Of a DNA stretch of 32,000 nucleotides, positions 10,555 to 18,703 are shown piece after piece. The first letter of the stretch is position 1; the number at the start of each line of letters is the position of its first letter. Made by a program: the position numbers and the translations under genes. Source of the DNA: Candidatus Saccharimonadota bacterium (GTDB taxonomy: Bacteria; Bacteroidota; Bacteroidia; Flavobacteriales; Blattabacteriaceae); contig NZ_CP059216.1 in NCBI RefSeq assembly GCF_014252315.1, forward strand, positions 1-32,000, in the 5' to 3' direction. The notes beneath the pieces are model-generated. The model saw only the letters and a list, made by a program, of their open reading frames with translations, was not told the origin of the DNA and made no database searches.

Positions 10555-10933
10555 GCATAATAAAAGATTTCTACATACTTATCCAAAAAATAATTGTTCA
10601 ATTTATATTTGATTTTTGGATATCAAACATAAATCTAAGATTCAAAAAATTTCAGAAAATTTATAGAATCATAATATTCTCCTAATTCCTTAATTAGTAT
10701 TATGTATCTTCATAAAATTAGAAATCATAAGGAATAAGATTTCTGGAAGATATTTTGCTTCCATATAAAATGGATATTGCTTAAAAAATTTAATTAAGCA
10801 GCAAAAGCGTATTGTTTTTCGCCATTTATATTATTCAGTAATGATATTTTTAACGTGTATATTCATTACATTAACACGATATGCTTACTTTTATTAACTT
10901 AATCTTGTTGTCAATACCTAAAAGAACAACCCC
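10520..10933 (-). ncRNA. ssrA: tmRNA (transfer-messenger RNA, SsrA)
   Basis: Minus-strand 5' end GGGGTTGTTCTTTTAGGTATTGAC. 3' end GGACGCGGGTTCGAATCCCGCCAACTCCA, with T-arm GCGGG/TTCGAAT/CCCGC. The acceptor stem GGGGTTG/CAACTCC contains a G3:U70 pair, the alanine identity element. CCA is not encoded. The internal tag ORF GGC GAA AAA CAA TAC GCT TTT GCT GCT TAA (plus-strand 10794..10823) gives the tag GEKQYAFAA. Confidence 0.9.
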
Positions 10934-11009
10934 ATAATATATAATTATTATGTTATTATAATGCAATATTATAATTTTTTTTCAATCAAAACAAAAACTT
11001 TATATATTT

Positions 11010-12263
11010 TTATATAATATTAGAATTATTATAAGAATCAATTCTGATTAATAAGAATATTAATATTGTAAAAGACAAAAAAGATGATCCTCCATAACTA
11101 AAAAATGGGAGAACAATTCCTATTGTAGGAAATAACCCCATAACCATTCCTAAATTTATAGAAAAATGAATAAATAAAATATTTCCAACTGAATACCCAA
11201 AAATTCTTCCAAATTTATCTTTTTGTCTTTCAGATAAAAAATAAATACGTCCAATAAAAAATAAATATATTATTATAAAAATAACACTTCCAATAAACCC
11301 CCATTCTTCTCCTACTGTACAAAATATATAATCTGTATGTTGTTCAGGAACAAATTTACCTTTTGTTACTGTTCCTTCATGATAACCTTTTCCTAATAAT
11401 TCTCCAGATCCAATAGCTGTTTTAGAATATAATAAATTATATCCTATATTACCTCTATATTTTTTATCAAATTCGTTTTGAAATAAAATATTTATTCTAT
11501 CTATATGGTGTGGTTTTAAAATATTATTAAAAATAATAGGAGAAAATATAGATATAAATAAAGAAAATAAAAATAAAGTTATATAAAATATTAAATCAAC
11601 TAATTTTTTTCTTTTATTTATAATAAAAAGAAATAAAAAAAATAAAAAAGAAAAAGGAATTACAATATAATATGATATATTTATTAACGAAAAAATCATT
11701 AATAAAATATAAAATATACAATATAATATAAAAATTATAGGAAGTCCTTCTCTATATAGAGTTAATATAAAAGAAGAAAAAATGATAGATGAGCCTGGAT
11801 CAGGCTGAATAAATATTAATAATGATGGTAATATTATAATAAATGATATTATAACAAATATAATTTTATTATCTAATTTATATTTAGTTAATAAATAAGC
11901 AATTATTAAAGAAGTAGATATTTTAGACAATTCAGAAGGCTGGAAACTTATAGGACCTAATGAATACCAAGATTTAGATCCATTAATATCTTTTCCAAAA
12001 AAAAATACACCTATCAAAAGAAATAAAGTAATAATAAAAAAAAATGGAGAAAAATTTTTATAATTAATTGGTTTAAATATAAAAATAATAAATATAGAAA
12101 CAAAACTAACAAGTATCCAAACTAATTGTTTATCAGATTTTTCAATATCTACTGAATATAAATTAACATATCCAAATATAGTTATAATAAAATAAATAAT
12201 AATAGTAATCCAATCTATATAGAAATTTTTATTTCTTCTTGTTAGATGAATTCTTTGTTGCAT
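11010..12263 (-). CDS. rodA: Rod shape-determining protein RodA (SEDS-family peptidoglycan polymerase)
   Basis: 417-aa polytopic membrane ORF of the FtsW/RodA/SpoVE type (DWITIII...YSV; QPSELSKI; HTDYIFCTVGEEWGFIGS; PFFSYGGSS). Last gene of the mreBCD-mrdA-rodA cluster. Confidence 0.88.
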   Translation of the reverse strand: MQQRIHLTRRNKNFYIDWITIIIYFIITIFGYVNLYSVDIEKSDKQLVWILVSFVSIFIIFIFKPINYKNFSPFFFIITLFLLIGVFFFGKDINGSKSWYSLGPISFQPSELSKISTSLIIAYLLTKYKLDNKIIFVIISFIIILPSLLIFIQPDPGSSIIFSSFILTLYREGLPIIFILYCIFYILLMIFSLINISYYIVIPFSFLFFLFLFIINKRKKLVDLIFYITLFLFSLFISIFSPIIFNNILKPHHIDRINILFQNEFDKKYRGNIGYNLLYSKTAIGSGELLGKGYHEGTVTKGKFVPEQHTDYIFCTVGEEWGFIGSVIFIIIYLFFIGRIYFLSERQKDKFGRIFGYSVGNILFIHFSINLGMVMGLFPTIGIVLPFFSYGGSSFLSFTILIFLLIRIDSYNNSNII

Positions 12264-14124
12264 AATTTAATTTTTTCATTACTGAAATATAATTATATAG
12301 TTTTTGTAGGTCACGTTTAATTACCTTTTTTTCAAGTGATTTTCTATTAACTTCATTATTTATATATTTTTCAGCAATTAGACTAGCAATAGGACCAGCT
12401 AAACGAGCTCCAAATCCTCCATTTTCTATTACAACAGATATAGCAATCTGTGGATTTTTTATAGGAGCAAATAATACAAATATAGAATGATCTGGTAAAG
12501 AAATCATTTTTTTATTTACAATAATAAAATTTTGAGAAGTACCTGTTTTTCCAGCCATTCTTATATTAAAACATTTAAATCCTATTCCTGTTCCCATTGA
12601 ATAAACTTTTTCCATTCCACTAATTATCAGATTATAATATTTTTTATTTCTTATTTTAGTATAATTAGCTATTTTATAATTTTTTATAGGAATATGATTT
12701 ATATATTTTACAATATGAGGAGTATAATAAAAACCTTTATTAGCTATTATACATATTAAATTTGCTAATTGTATTGGAGTAACACCTATTTCTCCTTGAC
12801 CAATACTGTTAGATATAATAGTAATAGCGTTCCATTTTTTTTCCCCATATTTTTTATCATAATAATCACCAGAAGGAATAACTCCTTTTTCTTTAGAATT
12901 TAAATCGTTAGAAAATCTACTTCCAAATCCAAAACTTTTAACAATATCACTCCACTCATTTACTCCTTTTTTTAAATTATTTGGATATTTTTCTACAATA
13001 CGTTTATATACTTGTGCAAAATAAGTATTACAAGATACAGCTATTGCTGTTTTTATATTAATAGGAATATCATGAATTTTAGATTTACAATGAACTTTTT
13101 TTTTACCATATATAAATCCTTTGTGACATGTAAACCTAGTATTTTTATTTATAACTCCCATATGAAGCCCAGATAATCCTGTTAACAACTTAAATGTAGA
13201 AGCTGGAGGGTAATTAGCTTGTGTAGCTCTATCAAATAATGGTTTATCTTCATTTTTTAATAATTTTTTAAATTCTTTATTACGATTTTTTCCAACAAAT
13301 AAATTAGGATCACTCATAGGACTTGATACTAAAGATAATATCTCTCCGTTTTTAGGATTAATCGCAACAACTCCTCCTTTCTTATTGCACATAAGTTTTT
13401 CTACATATTTTTGTAAATTCCAATCAATAGTTAATGATATATCACTACCAGTAACAGCTTTTATATTGTTTTTACTATTATTATAATTATCAATAATACA
13501 TCCATTTCTATCTCTTAACCAATATTTTATTCCTTTTTTTCCTCTTAAAAATTTTTCATGAGATTTTTCTACACCTGTCCATCCAATAAAATCTCCAATT
13601 TTATAATATTTTGATTCTTTTTTAATATCTTTTTCAGTAACTTCACCTATATAACCTAATATATTAGTTGAACTATCAACTTTATAATCTCTAATAGTAC
13701 GTCTTGTCCAATCAAATCCTTTATATTTATATAATTTTTCTTGTATTGGAGCAAACTTTTCTTTAGATATAAAAGAAATAAAAATAGATGGTAAATATTT
13801 TGAATAAGATCTAGCTTTTTCTAAATTTTTAAAAAAAGTATATTTATTTATTCCTACAAGTTTACAAAATTCTGATACATTAAAATTTTTTTCTATAAGA
13901 ATTGGAACTACTACTAATTCATAAATATATTTATTAAAAACTAATAGTTTATTATTTCTATCGAAAATAAATCCCCTATCAGGAATTATAGTTTCTTGTT
14001 TAATTGAAGTATTAAGTGCATTTAATACATACTTATCAGTATATATCTGAATATAAAACAACCTACTTATAAATATTAGGCCTATTATAATTAATAACAA
14101 ATAAAATTTAAATAATTTTTTCAA
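12229..14124 (-). CDS. mrdA: Penicillin-binding protein 2 (elongasome transpeptidase)
   Basis: 631-aa ORF. N-terminal membrane anchor. Transpeptidase motifs are intact: SxxK (PPASTFKLL), SxN (AVSCNTYF) and KTG (AGKTGTSQ). TTG start at 14124 overlaps the mreD stop (TTGA). The 3' end overlaps the rodA start by 35 nt. Confidence 0.9.
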   Translation of the reverse strand: MKKLFKFYLLLIIIGLIFISRLFYIQIYTDKYVLNALNTSIKQETIIPDRGFIFDRNNKLLVFNKYIYELVVVPILIEKNFNVSEFCKLVGINKYTFFKNLEKARSYSKYLPSIFISFISKEKFAPIQEKLYKYKGFDWTRRTIRDYKVDSSTNILGYIGEVTEKDIKKESKYYKIGDFIGWTGVEKSHEKFLRGKKGIKYWLRDRNGCIIDNYNNSKNNIKAVTGSDISLTIDWNLQKYVEKLMCNKKGGVVAINPKNGEILSLVSSPMSDPNLFVGKNRNKEFKKLLKNEDKPLFDRATQANYPPASTFKLLTGLSGLHMGVINKNTRFTCHKGFIYGKKKVHCKSKIHDIPINIKTAIAVSCNTYFAQVYKRIVEKYPNNLKKGVNEWSDIVKSFGFGSRFSNDLNSKEKGVIPSGDYYDKKYGEKKWNAITIISNSIGQGEIGVTPIQLANLICIIANKGFYYTPHIVKYINHIPIKNYKIANYTKIRNKKYYNLIISGMEKVYSMGTGIGFKCFNIRMAGKTGTSQNFIIVNKKMISLPDHSIFVLFAPIKNPQIAISVVIENGGFGARLAGPIASLIAEKYINNEVNRKSLEKKVIKRDLQKLYNYISVMKKLNYATKNSSNKKK

Positions 14125-14636
14125 TTTTTTTTTTTTCTAAAAAAGAAATAAATCATACATAAAATAGTTGTAAAAATGCTACTAATTAATGTTTTAAAAA
14201 GAGCATTATTATTAAAAATAATTGATCCATTCAATAATTCTATTGAAAACAAAGATATATCGTGTATTATAACTAATGAAAAAATATAATATATTTTTTT
14301 AAAAAAAGATAAATTATAGACCGAAAAATTTTTTTTAATTAAAAAATTATTACCATCAAAGAATTTTAATAAATACAATCTTAAAAAAGCAGATAAAGTA
14401 GTAGAAAAAGCATGAATTCCTCCTGTATACATACAACAATCAATTATTAATCCAATAAAAAAAGAAAAAATCAAAAATAAATATTCATTCCATCTATATG
14501 GATAGATCAACACAAATATAATATACACATAAGAATATTTTCCTAAAAACATAGGATTATTAAATATTGATATTTGAATTATACAAATAATAAAAATATA
14601 AAATGTTGAAATAAAAAAATTCTTAACAATATTCAT
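14121..14636 (-). CDS. mreD: Rod shape-determining protein MreD
   Basis: 171-aa very hydrophobic multi-span ORF in the canonical position between mreC and mrdA. It overlaps both neighbours by 4 nt. The call rests mainly on synteny and topology. Confidence 0.7.
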   Translation of the reverse strand: MNIVKNFFISTFYIFIICIIQISIFNNPMFLGKYSYVYIIFVLIYPYRWNEYLFLIFSFFIGLIIDCCMYTGGIHAFSTTLSAFLRLYLLKFFDGNNFLIKKNFSVYNLSFFKKIYYIFSLVIIHDISLFSIELLNGSIIFNNNALFKTLISSIFTTILCMIYFFFRKKKN

Positions 14637-15445
14637 TTATTTTCAACTTTATATATATCATCCAATTCTTTTTTTAAAATATTGTTAACAACATAAGCAT
14701 TTTCTATAATGGAAAAATTTTCAAATAATTTTACTTTTATTATAAAATTTGAATTACCATCATCTAGTTTGTATGAATATACAGTCCCAATAGGAATACC
14801 TTCGGGAAAAGTGTAAGATTTTCCATCTGTTTCTACAATATCCCCCTTATTAATAGCACAATATTTTGGAATATCATTAAGAATTACATATTTGTAATCA
14901 TTTCCATCCCAACTAATAGTTCCAAAATTATTATCTTTTTTTATTCTTGCATTTATTTTAATTCTTAAATTTAGAAGAGATATAGCTTTACTAAAATGTG
15001 GGGTTGTTTTTATAACAATTCCAGCAATTCCACTAGGTAATATTACACCCATATCAGGTTTTATTCCATCTAAATTACCTTTATTTAAAGTTATATAATT
15101 TTCTTGTTTATAAATACTATTATTTATAATTTGAACAGGAGTATAAATATATTGTTGTAGATATTTTATGTCTTCCATTCTAAAATTTCCAGAATTTGAA
15201 TTTTTTATTATATAAGAATAAATACTTTCATTATGTAATCTACTATTTTCTTTTAAAAGTTTATCATTTTCTATTTTCAATAAAAAATAATTTTGTATTT
15301 CGTAAATAGATTCATAAACTTTTCCAATTATAAATTTAGGACTATTACAAATAACATTTAAATTTTTGAAAGAAAAAAATATAGAAACAGATTCTAACAA
15401 AAAAAATAAAATACAAAAACGCCATTTAAAAAAAAAATCACACAT
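14633..15445 (-). CDS. mreC: Rod shape-determining protein MreC
   Basis: 270-aa ORF with a single N-terminal TM segment, a coiled-coil-like stretch (LKIENDKLLKENSRLHNE) and a beta-rich C-terminal domain (GIKPDMGVI...GIAGIV...; GDIVETDG...FPEGIPIGTV). Sits between mreB and mreD. Confidence 0.8.
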   Translation of the reverse strand: MCDFFFKWRFCILFFLLESVSIFFSFKNLNVICNSPKFIIGKVYESIYEIQNYFLLKIENDKLLKENSRLHNESIYSYIIKNSNSGNFRMEDIKYLQQYIYTPVQIINNSIYKQENYITLNKGNLDGIKPDMGVILPSGIAGIVIKTTPHFSKAISLLNLRIKINARIKKDNNFGTISWDGNDYKYVILNDIPKYCAINKGDIVETDGKSYTFPEGIPIGTVYSYKLDDGNSNFIIKVKLFENFSIIENAYVVNNILKKELDDIYKVENK

Positions 15446-15465
15446 TTTATTCCCTTTGGTTTCAT

Positions 15466-16506
15466 TTATTTCATCAAAAATGTAAATTTATCAATATTTT
15501 TCAAAGCAACTCCTGTTCCTTTTACTACAGCTCTTAACGGATCTTCTACTAAAAAAACTGACAATCCAGTTTTTTTAGAAATTCTTTTGTCTAATCCTCT
15601 TAAAAGAGAGCCTCCTCCTGCCATATAAATTCCTGTTTTATAAATATCTGCAGCTAATTCTGGTGGAGTTTTAGATAAGGTTTCCATAACAGCATCTTCA
15701 ATTCTCAAAATAGATTTATCCAATGCAGGAATAGTTTCTTTATAAGAAATATTCATTTCTTTAGGTTTTCCTGTAGATAAATCTCTACCACGTATATGTA
15801 TATCTTTAGGTATAGGCTCAATAGATTCCATAGCTGATCCTATTTTAATTTTTATTTTTTCAGCTGTTCTTTCTCCTATATATAAATTATATTTACTACG
15901 AAGAAAATAAGAAATATCATTAGTAAATACATCTCCTGCTATTTTAATAGATTTTTGACATACTATACCACCCAATGCTATAACTCCACATTCTGTTGTT
16001 CCTCCTCCAATATCTACAATCATATTTCCTTCTGCTTTAGTAACTGAAATTCCAGAACCAATGGCTGCAGCCATTGGTTCTTCTATTAAATAAACTTCTT
16101 TAGCATTAAGATGTTGAGCTGAATCTTTTACCGCTCTTTTTTCTACTTCAGTTATTCCAGATGGAATACATATTACCATTGTTAAGGATGGTGTAAAAAC
16201 TTTATTATTAACACCAGGGATCCTTTTAATAAACTCTTTTATCATAAGTTCAGCAACTTGGTAGTCTGCAATAACTCCATCTTTTAATGGTTTATATATT
16301 TTTATATTTTCATGAGTCTTCCCTTGCATTTTTTTAGCTTCTTCTCCTACTGCTAAAACCTTATTTGTTCTAACATCTATAGCAATTATTGATGGTAAAT
16401 CAACTATAACCTTGCTATCATGCATAATAAGAGTATTAGCTGTCCCCAAATCTATAGCTATCCCTTGTGTAAATAGATTCTTCATAAAATTTACTACTAA
16501 TCCCAT
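15466..16506 (-). CDS. mreB: Rod shape-determining protein MreB (actin homologue)
   Basis: 346-aa ORF with IAIDLGTANTLI, EPMAAAIG, DIGGGTTE and MAGGGSLLRGLD. The start may instead be the Met at 16485 (MKNLFTQGIAIDLG). Confidence 0.95.
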   Translation of the reverse strand: MGLVVNFMKNLFTQGIAIDLGTANTLIMHDSKVIVDLPSIIAIDVRTNKVLAVGEEAKKMQGKTHENIKIYKPLKDGVIADYQVAELMIKEFIKRIPGVNNKVFTPSLTMVICIPSGITEVEKRAVKDSAQHLNAKEVYLIEEPMAAAIGSGISVTKAEGNMIVDIGGGTTECGVIALGGIVCQKSIKIAGDVFTNDISYFLRSKYNLYIGERTAEKIKIKIGSAMESIEPIPKDIHIRGRDLSTGKPKEMNISYKETIPALDKSILRIEDAVMETLSKTPPELAADIYKTGIYMAGGGSLLRGLDKRISKKTGLSVFLVEDPLRAVVKGTGVALKNIDKFTFLMK

Positions 16507-16603
16507 TAATATTTTTTTTTGTAAAGTACCTATCTAAATTTAAATAAAAATTACACTTTTTCAGTAAATTGTACATTATAAAATTTTTATTATTTCAATT
16601 ATT

Positions 16604-17098
16604 TTGAAAAAAATTCACTATGTTTTTCTATTGTTAGGAAGTAATCAAGGAAATAAAAAAAAATATTTAGATTATTCTTTTAATATAATATCTAAAAAAA
16701 TAGGTGATATAATAAAAGAATCCTCATACTTTATAAGTGAAGCATGGAAAATGAAAAATAATTCTCCATATTTTTGGAATAAAATATTATATATAAAAAC
16801 TATATTGTCTCCTATGTTTTTGATACAAAAAATAATAGAAATAGAAAAATTAATTGGTAGAAAAAGAAAAAAAAAAATTTATGAAAATAGAATAATAGAT
16901 ATAGATATATTGTTTTATGATAAATTAATTATATGTTCTAATAAATTAATAATTCCACACCCATTGTTACATTTAAGAAAATTTGTATTAGAACCTATGT
17001 GTGAAATAAATCCATATAAAAATCATCCTGTATTTAATATGAATATAATAGAACTATTAGCCTCTTGCTCAGATAAATCTTATACTAAAAAATTATAA
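16604..17098 (+). CDS. folK: 2-amino-4-hydroxy-6-hydroxymethyldihydropteridine diphosphokinase (HPPK)
   Basis: 164-aa ORF with a TTG start. N-terminal LLLGSNQGN, RIIDIDILFYD and IPHPLLHLRKFVLEPMCEI match HPPK signatures. Confidence 0.85.
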   Translation: MKKIHYVFLLLGSNQGNKKKYLDYSFNIISKKIGDIIKESSYFISEAWKMKNNSPYFWNKILYIKTILSPMFLIQKIIEIEKLIGRKRKKKIYENRIIDIDILFYDKLIICSNKLIIPHPLLHLRKFVLEPMCEINPYKNHPVFNMNIIELLASCSDKSYTKKL

Positions 17099-17128
17099 TA
17101 ATTATTATTAAATTAATTCACAATTTTT

Positions 17129-17506
17129 ATGATAAAAAAAGGTATTATAAAAGAAATTCCTATATTTGGACCATACAGTACTTATGTATTAATAAATAAT
17201 ATACTGTTTATATCTGGACAAATAGGTATAGATTTTAAATCTGGAAAATTAATATCTAATTCAATAGAAATGGAAACAAAAAGAATAATGAATAACATTA
17301 AAATTATTCTTTTAAAAAATAATATGGATTTCAAAAATATAGTAAAAACTACTATATTCGTAAAAAAAATGGATCATATAAATATAATAAACAATATATA
17401 TTCCAATTTTTTTATAAATAAAAAATTTCCAGCTAGAGAAGCTATACAAGTATCTTGTTTACCTAAAAATGCTAATATAGAAATATCAGCTATTGCTGCT
17501 ATATGA
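17129..17506 (+). CDS. ridA: RidA/YjgF-family reactive-intermediate (enamine/imine) deaminase
   Basis: 125-aa ORF with PYSTYVLINNILFISGQIG and the C-terminal PAREAIQVSCLPKNANIEISAIA, typical of the YjgF/RidA family. Confidence 0.85.
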   Translation: MIKKGIIKEIPIFGPYSTYVLINNILFISGQIGIDFKSGKLISNSIEMETKRIMNNIKIILLKNNMDFKNIVKTTIFVKKMDHINIINNIYSNFFINKKFPAREAIQVSCLPKNANIEISAIAAI

Positions 17507-17590
17507 ATAAAAAATACATTATTATTCATATACATTTACATTCATAATATAATACAAAAATATTATATTAAATAATATTTTTATATTATT

Positions 17591-17951
17591 ATGAGTATAG
17601 AAAAAGAATTTTTGAATTATCAAACTCAAATTACTTCTTCTCCCATATGAATTAAGGCACATGCTAAAGGATGTTACATATATGGAAAAAATGGTAAAAA
17701 TATTTAATTCATACTAAAATAAAAAATATTTATGGAAGTAGGATTATTATTTATTATATATTGAATTATATAATGAAAATGTAGCCATACAACTTTTAAA
17801 ACAAAGTATTAAAAAAGGATTAATTTTATTTAGTTTTTTATTTTGTAATAAAATAATAATAATTACTCCTCTATTAACTATAACAAAAAATGAAATTCGT
17901 AAAGTATGTATGATCATTATTGAAATTTTAAATCAAACAAAAATATATTGA
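17591..17951 (+). pseudogene. Remnant of a class-III (ArgD/RocD/GabT-like) PLP aminotransferase gene, with internal deletion, in-frame stops and frameshifts
   Basis: ATG at 17591 gives MSIEKEFLNYQTQITSSPI*IKAHAKGCYIYGKNGKNI*. This resembles the N-terminal P-[IV]-x-x-x-[KR]-x-x-G-x-Y-x-x-D-x-x-G-K-x-Y-x-D pattern. A second frame from 17732 reads MEVGLLFIIY*. A third frame from 17742 to 17951 reads ...ELYNENVAIQLLKQSIKKGLILFSFLFCNKIIIITPLLTITKNEIRKVCMIIIEILNQTKIY*. That resembles the family C-terminus (GLL....IR..PPL.IT..EI). The entire PLP-lysine core (~300 codons) is missing. Confidence 0.6.
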
Positions 17952-18703
17952 GATTTTTTATTGAGTTATCTTATAACGGTAAAGATTTTTTTGGATGGCA
18001 AATACAAAAAGGATTAAAAACAATAGAAGAAAGTATAGAATATTGTTTATCAAAAATATTACATAATCCAATAAATTTAATTGGAGCTGGAAGAACAGAT
18101 AAAGGTGTTCATGCTAAACAAATGTTTGCTCATTTTGATTATTCATATAATATAGAATATAATTTAATAATAAAAAGATTAAATATTTTTTTACCAAATT
18201 CTATTAAAGTAATTAATATTTTTCCAGTTAAAAATAATATTCATGCTAGATTTAATGCAATAAAAAGAACATATAAATATTATATTACTTATGATAAAAA
18301 CCCTTTTAAAGAAAATTTTTATTGGCATTGTTTTTATTTATTAGATATAGAAAAAATGAACATAGTTTCCAAAAAATTATTACTATATAAAGATTTTAGT
18401 TCTTTTTGTAAAAAAAATGTAAAAAATAATAATCATAAAATTAATAATAACTGTCATATTTATCGTGCTTTTTGGAAAAAAGAAAAAAATTATTTTTATT
18501 TTACTATTGAATCGAATAGATTTTTAAGATCTATGGTAAGATCAATTGTTGGGACAATGATAGATGTTGGTAGAGGAAAAATTACTATAAATAATTTTAT
18601 AAAAATTATAAAATCAAAAAATTTTAATCATCATAGTCAAATAGCTCCTTCATATGGTTTATTCTTAACAAATATTACTTATCCAGAAGATATTTTTTTA
18701 TGA
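17948..18703 (+). CDS. truA: tRNA pseudouridine(38-40) synthase TruA
   Basis: 251-aa ORF with a TTG start. (M)RFFIELSYNGKDFFGWQIQ plus the catalytic GAGRTDKGVHA and RSMVRSIVGT motifs. Confidence 0.9.
   Translation: MRFFIELSYNGKDFFGWQIQKGLKTIEESIEYCLSKILHNPINLIGAGRTDKGVHAKQMFAHFDYSYNIEYNLIIKRLNIFLPNSIKVINIFPVKNNIHARFNAIKRTYKYYITYDKNPFKENFYWHCFYLLDIEKMNIVSKKLLLYKDFSSFCKKNVKNNNHKINNNCHIYRAFWKKEKNYFYFTIESNRFLRSMVRSIVGTMIDVGRGKITINNFIKIIKSKNFNHHSQIAPSYGLFLTNITYPEDIFL

Noticed and set aside
16507-16603. Imperfect direct repeat GTAAAGTAC / GTAAATTGTAC in the mreB-folK divergent intergenic region
   Set aside because: The repeat is short and imperfect, and neither copy coincides with a recognisable promoter box. 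It cannot be distinguished from chance in AT-rich spacer DNA.
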